Shown: piece by piece, positions 27,430 through 37,524 of the stretch
Layout: each line of letters starts with the position of its first letter
Numbering within the stretch: the first letter of the stretch is position 1
From: a bacterium
GTDB lineage: Bacteria > UBA8248
DNA: 64,000 nucleotides
Assembly (NCBI GenBank): GCA_965204535.1
Contig: CBDBEV010000001.1
Coordinates: forward strand, 2,560,001-2,624,000
Direction of reading: 5' to 3'
Made by a program: the position numbers and the translations under genes
Notes under the pieces: generated by a model
Seen by the model: only the letters and a program-made list of their open reading frames with translations
Told to the model about the DNA's origin: nothing
Database searches by the model: none

Positions 27430-27895
27430 CGTCATTCCGGCGCATGCCGGAATCCAGAGCAGGCGGGGATACCGAATCGCAGGAAGGCCAAGAAAAACGA
27501 TAAAGCGAAAAGGCAAATTCAAAAACAAAGTCCCTGGATTCCGGCATGCGCCGGAATGACGGCAATGGGATTCCGCCTTGCTGAAGGGAGTGTAGGGGCC
27601 GCATATATGCGGCCCTTTTTTTTCGCCGTCGAAACACGGGCCGCAGGCTCTCGCCCTGAAACCAACCCCCCTACCCCCCCTTGACAGGGGGGTATGAAAA
27701 AGCGACGCCCGCTGTCGAGGTGAACGCAAATTCACTCCCCCCTTGAGGGGGAGTCGAGGAAGCCGAGCGGTTTGTGCGAAGGCTGACTCGGTGGGGGGTA
27801 AAATGCGCATTATCGCCAGTCCGAATTATACCCCCCACCGAATCGCTTTCGGGCTTACGCCCTCAGCTCTTCGACTCCCCCTCAAGGGGGGAGTG
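27430..27895. repeat. Composite cluster: CGTC-REP doublet (27430-27561), GTAG-REP, family B arm and family A copy (27733-27895)
   Basis: Direct inspection. Confidence 0.85.
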
Positions 27896-28044
27896 ATTCA
27901 CTTCCCTTCGAGTTGTTTCAACAGCCTAAAAAGGAAGGGCTTTCTCCGGCCGCGCTTTTCCTGATAGGCGCGATGCCGTATTCTTGGGGCTTTGGCGATT
28001 CCAATTTTCCCTGAAACGCATCTCGTGTTCCGACGGAGAATTTC

Positions 28045-29073
28045 ATGAAAGCGGCTTTGCTTGAAAAAACGCGGGTGATGAGCGTGGGCGATCAGCCCGA
28101 CCCCGGCCTGCCCGCCGATCACGCGCTGGTGCGGGTGGCGACTTCGGCCATCTGCGGCACGGACGTATCCATCTGGGCGGGAAAGATGCCCGCGCGCATC
28201 CCGCTCATCCCCGGCCATGAGTGCACGGGCAGGGTGGAGCAGGTCGGCGATAGCGTGACGAGGCTCAAAGTGGGCGACCGGGTGGTGCTGAACCCGCTTT
28301 CGAGTTGCGGGAAGTGCTTCTACTGCGTGCGCGGGCTGACGAACCTCTGCCTGTACGGCGGCCTCAGGGGACGCGAGGTGCCGGGCACCTTCGCCGAGTA
28401 CATCGCCGTGCGCGAGACCGAAGCGTTCGCATTCCCCGAACACGTGAGCTTCGCCGTGGCGACGAACTTCGTGGGCCTTTACACGGTCGTCTACAGCCAG
28501 AGAAAGGCGCCCTACATCGCGGGCGCGCGCGTGGCGGTTCTCGGGCAGGGGAGCAGCGGCCTGCTCCACACGCAGTTGGCGAAGGTCTCGGGTGCGGCGT
28601 CCGTCATCGCCGTGACGAGGAGCAAGTGGAAGCTCGAGGTGGCGAAAGAGATGGGGGCGGATGAAATCGTGCCCGCCGGCGAGGTGGACCCCGTCGAAGC
28701 CGTGCGCGGCCTCACCGACGGCCTCGGCGCCGACGTCGTGATCGAGACGGCGGGCGCCGCCGAGACCATGGTGCAGGCCTACGAGATGGTGCGGCCCGGA
28801 GGCGCGATTCTCCAGTTCGGCATCGGGCCGGCCGCGGTCGACGGCGTGCCGGGCCAGGCCTATTACTTCAAGGATCTGACCGTCATCGGCTCTCGCGCGG
28901 GTCTGCCGGAGGATTTCGAGAGCGCCATCCGCCTGGTGGCGACCGGGCAAATCGACCTGGAGCCCCTCGTCACCCACCACTTCGCGCTCGACGACATCCA
29001 GGCGGGCTTCGAGTTCGTCGACTCAGGCGGAGACGGCGGCACGCTCCGGGCGGTGATCGAGATAGCGAACTGA
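28045..29073 (+). CDS. Zinc-dependent alcohol dehydrogenase (MDR family)
   Basis: ICGTD, GHE, CGKCFYC..C structural Zn site and GQGSSG. Confidence 0.92.
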   Translation: MKAALLEKTRVMSVGDQPDPGLPADHALVRVATSAICGTDVSIWAGKMPARIPLIPGHECTGRVEQVGDSVTRLKVGDRVVLNPLSSCGKCFYCVRGLTNLCLYGGLRGREVPGTFAEYIAVRETEAFAFPEHVSFAVATNFVGLYTVVYSQRKAPYIAGARVAVLGQGSSGLLHTQLAKVSGAASVIAVTRSKWKLEVAKEMGADEIVPAGEVDPVEAVRGLTDGLGADVVIETAGAAETMVQAYEMVRPGGAILQFGIGPAAVDGVPGQAYYFKDLTVIGSRAGLPEDFESAIRLVATGQIDLEPLVTHHFALDDIQAGFEFVDSGGDGGTLRAVIEIAN

Positions 29074-29121
29074 CGCCCGCAGACCACCGCGGGCCTGTCT
29101 CCGGAAAAGGAGGAGGTCGTC

Positions 29122-29994
29122 ATGTCTTTTGAACACCCATTCATTCGCATCGCAAACGTCACGCCCGAGAAACTGGACGAGAAAGAGGGCTGGAGCGTCT
29201 CCGATTTCCGTGTCGTCGTCAGCGGGAAGGAGGGGTCTTCTTCCATCATGTACCACGCCACGCTGGCCCCGGGTGATCGCCACCACAAGCACCGCTACGA
29301 GAACTGCCAGATGCAGTATTACGTCGTGAGCGGCCACGGCCTCGCCGGAGCGGGGGAGGACCGCGTGGAGGTGCACGTGGGCCACTTCCACCTGATCCCC
29401 AAGGGCGTGGAGCACTGGCTCGTGAACCTGGGCAGGCACGACCCGCTCATCATCATCGGGTTCTACGACCGCGTTCCCTATTTCAGGGACACCGGCCACG
29501 TCTATCTCGGCGATATCACCGAGGCCGACATCGCCGCACCGCGGGCGCTGAGCGCCGCTGCTCTCAAGCATCCGCTCGTGCACAACGACGAGGTTCCCCA
29601 CGTCAAGGTGTCGCATGAGGAGGGCTGGACGCAGGACTACTTCAACGAGCCGCTGAACCGCAGCGTCGGCGCGGGCTCGTGCTGGATGCAGGGCTACTTC
29701 GGCCCCCACACCGTGCACATGAAGCACCGCCACAACAACTGCGAGGAGATATGCTACATCCTGAAGGGCCGCGGCCTGGCGGGCATCGGGCGCGACCGCG
29801 GGGAAGTCTTCGCGGGCGACGTGAACTACATCCCCGCCGGGGCGGAGCACTGGCTCGCGAACATCGACGACACCGAAGACCTCTCCGCACCCGGCTGGTA
29901 CATCGGCGTGGGCGGGCTGGATGAGAGCGGCTTCGAGTACCTGGGGCCGGTGACGGACGAGGACCTGAAACAGCGGACGGGCGTGGTCGAATAG
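29122..29994 (+). CDS. Bicupin protein
   Basis: Two cupin repeats with HxKHRH..CE and IPxGxEHWL. Confidence 0.85.
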   Translation: MSFEHPFIRIANVTPEKLDEKEGWSVSDFRVVVSGKEGSSSIMYHATLAPGDRHHKHRYENCQMQYYVVSGHGLAGAGEDRVEVHVGHFHLIPKGVEHWLVNLGRHDPLIIIGFYDRVPYFRDTGHVYLGDITEADIAAPRALSAAALKHPLVHNDEVPHVKVSHEEGWTQDYFNEPLNRSVGAGSCWMQGYFGPHTVHMKHRHNNCEEICYILKGRGLAGIGRDRGEVFAGDVNYIPAGAEHWLANIDDTEDLSAPGWYIGVGGLDESGFEYLGPVTDEDLKQRTGVVE

Positions 29995-30033
29995 CGCTTC
30001 TTGTAAGAACAACCAATTTGTGAGGAATGATAC

Positions 30034-30891
30034 ATGCCGCTTCAATACCCCCTGGTGCACGTAGACGACATCGCGCCCGAGAAGATGGAGGAGAAGGAAG
30101 GCTGGGCGATCTCGGAGTTCCGGCTGCCCATCACCGGGGCGCACGGAAGCTCGACGACGGCCTTTCACTCCATCTTCCGGCCCGGCTCCACGCACGCGAA
30201 GCACTCCCATTCCGAGTGCGAGGAAATCGCGGTGTATCTCAAGGGCCACGGCGTGGTCGGCCAGGGTGAGGAGCGCGCCGAGGTGCGCGAGGGCCACTGC
30301 CGCCTCATGCCGAAGGGCTCGACGCATTTCTTCTACAACGAGACGAAGGACGAAGAGGCGATGGTGGTCGGCTTCTACCTCGGCGCGCCGAGCGTGGCGG
30401 GCACGGGCTATGCGTTTCACGGCGACGTGACGAAAGAAGACCTCGACATGCCGCGCGAAGGCATTTCCGACGGCATCCTCGTGCATCTGGACGACGTGCA
30501 GCCCGAGAACATGAACGAGGGTGAGGGCTGGTCGATCACCGACTTCAGGCTCCCTCTGGGAGGGCACAACGGCAGCGATACGACGCTGTTCCGCGCGCGC
30601 TTTTTCCCGGGCGCGGTGCACAAGAAGCACAGGCACGACAACTGCGAGGAGATCTACTACATCATCAGCGGCCACGGGCTGGCGGGGGCGGGACCGGACC
30701 GCGTCGAGGTGCGCGGCGGGCACTTCCACTACATCCCCAAAGGGGTGGAGCACTGGCTCCACAACCTGAGCGATACCGACCCCATCGAGGCGGTGGGCAT
30801 CTACATCGGCAGCGGGAGCGTGGCGGAGACGGGCTACGTCTACATGGGCGACGTGACCGAAGCGGACATCCAGGCGCGGACGCCGCTCTAG
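30034..30891 (+). CDS. Bicupin protein (paralogue of the upstream gene)
   Basis: Two cupin repeats with EGWxIxxFR, HxKHxH..CEE and IPKGVEHWL. Confidence 0.85.
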   Translation: MPLQYPLVHVDDIAPEKMEEKEGWAISEFRLPITGAHGSSTTAFHSIFRPGSTHAKHSHSECEEIAVYLKGHGVVGQGEERAEVREGHCRLMPKGSTHFFYNETKDEEAMVVGFYLGAPSVAGTGYAFHGDVTKEDLDMPREGISDGILVHLDDVQPENMNEGEGWSITDFRLPLGGHNGSDTTLFRARFFPGAVHKKHRHDNCEEIYYIISGHGLAGAGPDRVEVRGGHFHYIPKGVEHWLHNLSDTDPIEAVGIYIGSGSVAETGYVYMGDVTEADIQARTPL

Positions 30892-31043
30892 CGGCGCATC
30901 GACTTTAAGCGGTGTTCGGCCTCCACCGGGGGCGGCGTCGTAATCGGACAGGCCCCCGTGCCTGTCCGACGTGGGACAACCACAGGGGGCAGGACAACCC
31001 GGAAAGGTTGTCCTGCTACGAGTCAATTTTTTCTTTCCTCTTC

Positions 31044-31253
31044 GGGGCTGTTGAAAAAGCCCTCGTCGAAAGGCAACCCCCCCTACCCCCCCTTGTCAGG
31101 GGGGTATAAAAAGGCGATGCGTTCCCGCCGGGCTGAGAGGGGTTTGCTTTTTCTTGCCCCCCTGACAAGGGGGGGTAGGGGGGGTTGGTTTTATGGGATT
31201 TCCCTTTCAAGGGAGTTGCCATTACCCTCTCAGGGGTTTTTTCAACAACCCCC
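31044..31253. mobile_element. IS1182-ended MITE enclosing a full family B repeat (31075-31186)
   Basis: GGGGCTGTTGAAAAAGCCC ... GGGGTTTTTTCAACAACCCCC followed by TCAAGGG. Confidence 0.75.
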
Positions 31254-31412
31254 TCAAGGGAGGGATGATGTCATTCCCCTTCACGCCTGGAACACGGAAC
31301 CCCATGAAGATAATTCCCTTTTCTTTCTTTTGCCTTTCGCGCGCGTCGTGATATGCTTGTAAGGCGTGTGGGAGTAATCAGCATTCCAGGATAAAAATAA
31401 TGGAGCAAAGCC

Positions 31413-31961
31413 ATGAAGATAACCGAGGCGGCGGCGGATAAAGTCAAGGAAATCATGGAGCAAAACGGCGGCGGTTTCGCCGGCATCCTGATCAGCTTCG
31501 AGGGCGGCTACAAGCTCGACCTGGTGCGGGATGAGGATACGGACCAGTACATCCGCGTGGAGAACCCCCTGCTGGGCGTCTTCGCCTCGTCCGAGCACGT
31601 CGACAGGGCGGAGAAGGCCCAGATCGAGTTCGTCACCGAAGGCCCGACGAGCGGGTTCAAGGTGACCCGCGAGATGACCGACGGCGATACGTCCCTCCTG
31701 GAGCAGATTCAGGAGATCATCGACACGGAGATCAACCCGGCGGTGGCGTCCCACGGCGGCTACATCAGCCTGCTGGACGTGGAGGAGAAGCGCGTGTTCG
31801 TGCAGATGGGCGGCGGCTGCGCGGGCTGCGGCATGGCGGACGTGACGCTCAAGTCAGGCGTCGAGGCCAGGCTTCAGCAGCTCGACCCCGAGATACAGGT
31901 GGTCGACACCACCGACCACGCGGCGGGCACGAACCCCTACTACGCGCCGACGCAAAAATAA
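31413..31961 (+). CDS. nfuA: Fe-S cluster carrier NfuA
   Basis: Degenerate A-type N-domain (ITEAAADKV) plus NifU-C domain INPAVASHGG and GGCAGC. Confidence 0.88.
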   Translation: MKITEAAADKVKEIMEQNGGGFAGILISFEGGYKLDLVRDEDTDQYIRVENPLLGVFASSEHVDRAEKAQIEFVTEGPTSGFKVTREMTDGDTSLLEQIQEIIDTEINPAVASHGGYISLLDVEEKRVFVQMGGGCAGCGMADVTLKSGVEARLQQLDPEIQVVDTTDHAAGTNPYYAPTQK

Positions 31962-31981
31962 GTTTTAAGCTGAAAGAATGA

Positions 31982-32009
31982 AGGGCCGGCCGTCTGGCCG
32001 GCCTTTTTT
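31982..32009. terminator. Intrinsic terminator between convergent genes
   Basis: GGCCGGCC-GTCT-GGCCGGCC hairpin followed by TTTTTT. Confidence 0.7.
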
Positions 32010-32016
32010 CTTGGGG

Positions 32017-33270
32017 CTATTCCCCGATATCGAAACGGAGTTTCCCGTGCGCCGCGCGCAGGGCGGCCTCCACCTCTTCGGGCCGCTCTCCCTTGGCGAA
32101 GATGAAGCCCAGATATCTCTCTCCCTCGGGCAGCGGCACGACGCGGCCTCCGACGTGGATGGAAATGTCGACCTCCACGATTCCGGGCACCGCCAGGGCC
32201 TCCTCTTTGCCCTCGACCCTTTTCAGGACGCCCTCGGCGGGTATGGGGATCATCATGACGCCGGAAGCCTTTTTCTCGCGTTCCATGGAGGGGGGCGGGA
32301 CGCCGAGCGCCTGGGAGAGGATGAGGCATTCGAGCGAGGCGCCGCCCCCGAACTCGAGCGCGCCCGAGCATTTCCCGCCGATGGCGCGGCTCGCCACGTC
32401 GATCACACGGATTTCGCCCGCGTCGTTGATTCTGAGTTCCGCGTGGAGGGGCCCCTCGCGCAGGCGGATGGCTTGGGCGGCGCGTATGGTTTCCTCGCGA
32501 ATAGCGGCTTGCGTCTCATCACTCAGCCGCGAGGGCGTGACGTAGATGGTTTCCTCGAAAAAAGGGCCTTCCAGGGGGTCGGGCTTGTCGAAGATGGCGA
32601 GTATGTGCGCCTCGCCGCGCACGACGAGGCCTTCCACCGCCACTTCGACCCCCTCCAGATAATCCTCCACCAGGATCATCCGCGCCTCAGCACCGCCGCG
32701 CGCGATGGTTTCGGGGTCATCCAGTATCGCGCCGACCCGGCGGTAGGCCTCTGCGAATTCCGTCTCATCGTTCGCGCGAATCACGCCTCGGCTCGCAGCG
32801 AGAAAGGTGGGTTTCAGCACACAGGGATAGCGGAGACCCTGGGCGATTTTCTCAGGTTCCTCCTGGGCGGATACGAGCCGGAAAGCGGGCGAGGGCAGGC
32901 CTTCTTCGGACAAGACCTTTCTCAGTTCGTACTTGCTCCGCGTGGTGCGGGAGGCCTCCACGGGGTGGTAGGGCAGCCCCAGCGCTTCGGCGGCCATCGC
33001 GCCCAGGATGAGCGTGTCGTCGTCCACGGGCGCGATAGCGTCGATGGGAAATTCCCTGGCGAACGACTCGATGAGTCCCGCGCCTACTTCAGGCTGGCCG
33101 TAATCGAGCGTGATGGAGCCGCCCGGGTTCAACTCGGCCAGAAGGTCGGGCCGGTCGGTTCCCACCGTGACGCGGACGCCCATCTCCCCCGCCGCCGCCA
33201 TGTAGGCCGACGCGCGGTAGGTGGCCGTCGTCATGAGCAGGAGAACGCGCTTTCCTTCTTCAGGTGGCAT
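32017..33270 (-). CDS. ATP-grasp domain protein
   Basis: YPCVLKP..ASRGV, LVEDYLEG and HAELRI. Confidence 0.88.
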   Translation of the reverse strand: MPPEEGKRVLLLMTTATYRASAYMAAAGEMGVRVTVGTDRPDLLAELNPGGSITLDYGQPEVGAGLIESFAREFPIDAIAPVDDDTLILGAMAAEALGLPYHPVEASRTTRSKYELRKVLSEEGLPSPAFRLVSAQEEPEKIAQGLRYPCVLKPTFLAASRGVIRANDETEFAEAYRRVGAILDDPETIARGGAEARMILVEDYLEGVEVAVEGLVVRGEAHILAIFDKPDPLEGPFFEETIYVTPSRLSDETQAAIREETIRAAQAIRLREGPLHAELRINDAGEIRVIDVASRAIGGKCSGALEFGGGASLECLILSQALGVPPPSMEREKKASGVMMIPIPAEGVLKRVEGKEEALAVPGIVEVDISIHVGGRVVPLPEGERYLGFIFAKGERPEEVEAALRAAHGKLRFDIGE

Positions 33271-34039
33271 ACCATCCGCCGTCCACCAGGAGCGACGTGC
33301 CCGTGACGAGGCTGCTCGCCTCGGAAGCGAGGAAGATGGCCGGCCCCACCAGTTCGCTCATCTGCCCGAAGCGGCCCATGGGCGTTCTCTCGCAGATGGC
33401 GTCGTAGATGAGTTCGTCCTCCTGCAGGGAGGCGGTGAGCTCCGTCTCGATGAAGGTGGGGCAGATGGCGTTCACCTGGATGTTGTCCGTCGCATACTCG
33501 CGGGCGAAAACGCGGGTGAGGCCGATAAGGCCGCTTTTGGACGACGTATACGGCCCGTAGCACTGTTGCCGGGGGTTTCTGAATACGGACCAGCCCATCA
33601 GGGATGAGATGTTGATCACCTTGCCGCCGCCCGCTTTTTTCATCTCTTCGCCCGCGCGCCGCGTGATGAAGAAGATGCTCTTCAAGTTCAGGTCGAGGAT
33701 CCTGTCCCAGTCCGCCTCGCTGATGTCCCAGAGTGTTTTCCGCACGTTCGTGCCCGCGTTGTTCACCAGAATGGTGAGGCCGCCCAGTGCGGCGGCGGCT
33801 TCCACCACCATGCGCTCGGCGGATTCCATGTCGGTCACGTCGGCCTGGATGAGCGCGCACTTGCGGCCCATACCCTCGATGACTTCTTTCGCTTCGCCGG
33901 CGGGTTCGATGTCGATGTCCGCGATGACGACGTCCGCGCCCGCTGCGGCGAAGCCCTCGGCCATCGCGCGCCCGATGCCGCGGCCGGCGCCCGTTACGAG
34001 CGCCTTGGCGCCGCTCAGATCGAAAAGGGATTGACTCAT
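33260..34039 (-). CDS. SDR family oxidoreductase
   Basis: TGAGRGIG, NNAG and YTSSK. Confidence 0.92.
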   Translation of the reverse strand: MSQSLFDLSGAKALVTGAGRGIGRAMAEGFAAAGADVVIADIDIEPAGEAKEVIEGMGRKCALIQADVTDMESAERMVVEAAAALGGLTILVNNAGTNVRKTLWDISEADWDRILDLNLKSIFFITRRAGEEMKKAGGGKVINISSLMGWSVFRNPRQQCYGPYTSSKSGLIGLTRVFAREYATDNIQVNAICPTFIETELTASLQEDELIYDAICERTPMGRFGQMSELVGPAIFLASEASSLVTGTSLLVDGGWYAT

Positions 34040-34226
34040 GTGTGGTTCTCCTTTTTTAGGGTGTCGGGTTTTTCCCGATTCTCTCCACCGGAGCGTTCGG
34101 GGTCAATGGGCGCAGGGCCTTCTCGTTGGCCTTGGGGGGAGAGTGTGATAATCAATAGGGAGAATCTCTGCTATTTTCCGTTCTCATTTGAGAGTGGTTT
34201 CGGGTTCCCTGGAGCGGGGGTGGACG

Positions 34227-35876
34227 ATGGCGAAGCCCAAGGATAACGGCGCGAAAAAAGAGCGCCCCGTCCGCGATGCGGCCTACAACTCGGGCAAGCC
34301 CGTGCCCGTGGTCTATGGCCCGCAAACGCCGGATGCGGCGTATCAAGAAAAAATCGGCGCGCCGGGGGAATACCCCTACACGCGGGGCATCTACCCCACG
34401 ATGTACCGGGGCTCATTGTGGACGATGCGCCAGTACGCGGGTTTTTCCACCTCGGCGGACACCAACGCGCGGTTTCACTTCCTGCTCGGAAACGGCCAGA
34501 CGGGCCTCTCGATGGCGTACGATCTCCCCACGCAGTTGGGCCTCGATTCGGACGATGAGGCCGCGCAGGACGACGTGGGCCGCCTGGGCGTCGCCGTGGA
34601 CACCGCCCAGGACATGGCGGACGTTTTCGAGGGGATACCGCTCGATAAAGTGAGCGTCTCGCACACCATCAACTCCACCGCCGCCGTCATTCAGGCGTTC
34701 TGGCTCATCGCCGCCGAGCGCCAGGGGGTCGCGCTGGACAAGCTGCGCGGCACCTTCCAGAACGACATGCTCAAGGAATACATCGGCCGGGGCACGTGGA
34801 TATTCCCCCCGAGACCCTCCATGCGCCTCGTCGCCGACATCATCGAGTACAACGCGAAGCACTGCCCGCGCGTGAACGCCGTCAGCGTCTCGGCCACCCA
34901 CATCGCCGAAACGGGCGCGACCCTCGCGCAGGACGTCGCCTTCCCCATCCTGAACGCGCTGGCCTACATACGCGAACTCACCGGGCGCGGCCTCCACGTG
35001 GATGACTTCGTGCCCACGATGTCGTTTCATCTATCTATAGGCGGGGGCGTGGGGCCGTTCAACCTGCTCGAATCTATCGGCAAGCTGCGCGCCGCGCGCC
35101 GCATCTGGGCGCGCACGATGAAGGAGAAATACGGCGCGAAAAACCCCAAAACCATGCAGCTCAAGTTCTCGACGGGCAATTGCGGCAGCCGCATGGCGGC
35201 GCGCGAGCCGCTCAACAACATCGTGCGCCAGACGCTCTACACCCTGGCCGCCGTGCTGGGCGGCACGCGCTCGGTCAACATGGCGTGCTTCGACGAAGCG
35301 TTCGAGATTCCCTCGGACGAGTCCATCCGCACGGCACTCCGGATTCAGCAGGTCATCGCTCATGAGAGCGGCGTGGCCGACACGGTGGACCCGCTGGCGG
35401 GCGGCTACGCGGTGGAAGCCGTGACGGATCAGGTGGAAGAGGAGATTCAGGCCATCGTGGACGATTATGAATCGCGCGGCGGCATCGTCCCCTTCATCGA
35501 GAGCGGGGAAATCCAGAGGCTGCTCGCGCGGCAGGCCTATGAGCACCAGCGTAAGATCGCGGAAGGCGAGCAGGTGTGGGTGGGCGTGAACAGGTTCACC
35601 TCGGAAGAGGAAGACCGCATGGGCGCGGGCGAGGGCCTCTACGAGGCGGACGATTCGGCGCTTGAGAAACAAATGGCGCGTCTTGCAGAGGTGAAGGCCG
35701 CCCGCGATGAGGGCGAGGTGGCTGCGCAGCTTGAAAGACTGGCGGGGGCGTGTGAGTCGAAGGAGAACCTCGTGCCCTATCTGATGGACGCCGCCCGGGC
35801 GCGGCTCACGGTGGGGGAGATGACCGGGGTGATGCGCGGCGCCTTCGGCGCCTACGTGGAGCCGTCGGTCGTTTGA
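34227..35876 (+). CDS. B12-dependent acyl-CoA mutase, large (substrate-binding) subunit
   Basis: PGEYPYTRG, WTMRQYAGF, QNDMLKE, KLRAARRIW and DPLAG. Confidence 0.92.
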   Translation: MAKPKDNGAKKERPVRDAAYNSGKPVPVVYGPQTPDAAYQEKIGAPGEYPYTRGIYPTMYRGSLWTMRQYAGFSTSADTNARFHFLLGNGQTGLSMAYDLPTQLGLDSDDEAAQDDVGRLGVAVDTAQDMADVFEGIPLDKVSVSHTINSTAAVIQAFWLIAAERQGVALDKLRGTFQNDMLKEYIGRGTWIFPPRPSMRLVADIIEYNAKHCPRVNAVSVSATHIAETGATLAQDVAFPILNALAYIRELTGRGLHVDDFVPTMSFHLSIGGGVGPFNLLESIGKLRAARRIWARTMKEKYGAKNPKTMQLKFSTGNCGSRMAAREPLNNIVRQTLYTLAAVLGGTRSVNMACFDEAFEIPSDESIRTALRIQQVIAHESGVADTVDPLAGGYAVEAVTDQVEEEIQAIVDDYESRGGIVPFIESGEIQRLLARQAYEHQRKIAEGEQVWVGVNRFTSEEEDRMGAGEGLYEADDSALEKQMARLAEVKAARDEGEVAAQLERLAGACESKENLVPYLMDAARARLTVGEMTGVMRGAFGAYVEPSVV

Positions 35877-36289
35877 TGGTGAGCGGGACCAAGCGCATAC
35901 GGGTGCTGATGGCGAAGCCGGGCCTCGACGGGCACGACCGGGGTGTCAAGGTCATCATCCATGCGCTGAGAGACGCCGGCATGGAGGTGATCTATTCGGG
36001 TCTCAGGCAGACGGTGGAGCAGATCGTCTCCGTCGCGATCCAGGAGAACGTGGACGTGATCGGCCTGAGCATACTCTCGGGCTCCTACATGGGGATTGCG
36101 CGCAGACTCATGGCGAGAATCAAGGAAGAAGACCTCGATGATTGCCTCGTCATCCTGGGCGGGAACATTCTGGAGCGCGACGTGGCGGGGCTCAAATCCT
36201 TAGGAATAGCCGAAGTCTTCAACCACCATGCGGAGATGGCCGAAGTCGTCTCATACATCAGGAACAATACGGCGACCGGCGCGGCCTGA
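35876..36289 (+). CDS. Acyl-CoA mutase small cobalamin-binding subunit
   Basis: KPGLDGHDRG base-off/His-on motif; overlaps the large-subunit stop codon. Confidence 0.93.
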   Translation: MVSGTKRIRVLMAKPGLDGHDRGVKVIIHALRDAGMEVIYSGLRQTVEQIVSVAIQENVDVIGLSILSGSYMGIARRLMARIKEEDLDDCLVILGGNILERDVAGLKSLGIAEVFNHHAEMAEVVSYIRNNTATGAA

Positions 36290-36304
36290 CGGCGGCGCAT
36301 TTTC

Positions 36305-37513
36305 GTGGGGGAATCAGTTTTGGAAAAGCCGCTGGAGGGCGTGCGCATACTCGATCTTTCCGCCCTGCTCGCCGGCCCGTACGGCAGCATGGTGCTGGCC
36401 GATCTGGGCGCCGACGTCATCAAGATAGAGGTGCCGGGCCGGGGCGACCTCGTCCGCACCATGCCGCCGCACTACGTCGGCGAGACGAGCGCCTACTTCA
36501 TCGCGCTCAACAGGAACAAGCGGGGCATTTTCCTGAACCTGAAGGACGAAGAGGGCTACCGCGTCTTCTGCGAGATGGTGAAGCGCTCCGACGTCGTGTA
36601 TGACAATTACCGCCCCGGCGTCTTGGAGCGGCTGGGCGCTGACTACGAGACGCTTAAAGTAGTGAATCCGCGCATCATCAGCGCCTCCGTCACCGGCTAC
36701 GGACTCACCGGCCCCGAGAAGGACAAGCCCGCGCTCGACCTCATCATCCAGGGGCGCGGCGGCATCATGAGCTTCACCGGCGAGCCGGGCCGGCCGCCCG
36801 TGCGCCTGGGCGTTCCGATGGGAGATATGGGGGGCGGCCTGTTCGCCGCCCACGGGATTCTGGCGGCGCTTTACAAGCGCGAGCGGACGGGCGTGGGTCA
36901 GAAGGTGGACGTCTCGCTCCTCGACAGCCAGCTCTATCTCGCGAGCTACCGCGCGCAGTACTACCTGACGGCGGGCGACGTGGCCGAGCCGATGGGCACG
37001 GGCCACGCATCCGCCGTCCCCATCGGCGCGTACCGGTGCGGCGACGGCAAGTGGCTGGTGCTCGACGCCATACTGGATCATTTCTTCGAGAGCCTCTGCG
37101 ACGCGCTGGGCCATCCCGAATGGAAGGACGACCCCCGGATGAAGGATCGTCCCACCCGCCTCGAGAACCGCGAATACGTGGACGCCAAGCTCTCGGAAGT
37201 CTACAAGACGAACACCGCCGCGCACTGGATAGAGCGAATCGAGGCGCACGGCGTTCCCTGCGGGCCGATCCAGAGCATCGACGAGGCGCTGAACGATCCC
37301 CAGACGCGCGCGCGCGAGATGGTGGTGGAGATGACGCACCCGGAACTCGGCGATATGAACACGTTCAACACGCCCATCAAGATGGAGGGCACGTGGGGTT
37401 CCACCCCTTCGCCGCCCCCCCTGATGGGCGAGCACACCGAAGAAGTGCTCAGGGAAGTGCTCGATCTGGGCGATGCGGAAATCGAAAGGTTAAAAGAACG
37501 CAAGGCAATTTGA
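36305..37513 (+). CDS. Class III CoA-transferase (CaiB/BaiF)
   Basis: LAGPY..LADLGADVIKIE, NRNKRG, NYRPG and LDLIIQG. Confidence 0.93.
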   Translation: MGESVLEKPLEGVRILDLSALLAGPYGSMVLADLGADVIKIEVPGRGDLVRTMPPHYVGETSAYFIALNRNKRGIFLNLKDEEGYRVFCEMVKRSDVVYDNYRPGVLERLGADYETLKVVNPRIISASVTGYGLTGPEKDKPALDLIIQGRGGIMSFTGEPGRPPVRLGVPMGDMGGGLFAAHGILAALYKRERTGVGQKVDVSLLDSQLYLASYRAQYYLTAGDVAEPMGTGHASAVPIGAYRCGDGKWLVLDAILDHFFESLCDALGHPEWKDDPRMKDRPTRLENREYVDAKLSEVYKTNTAAHWIERIEAHGVPCGPIQSIDEALNDPQTRAREMVVEMTHPELGDMNTFNTPIKMEGTWGSTPSPPPLMGEHTEEVLREVLDLGDAEIERLKERKAI

Positions 37514-37524
37514 GGGGGCTTGTC

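Noticed and set aside
29023-31026. 667-aa minus-strand ORF and many other long antisense ORFs (e.g. 8925-10241, 51937-53499, 31978-33306)
   Set aside because: Shadow frames of well-supported GC-rich genes on the opposite strand, with no recognisable motifs.
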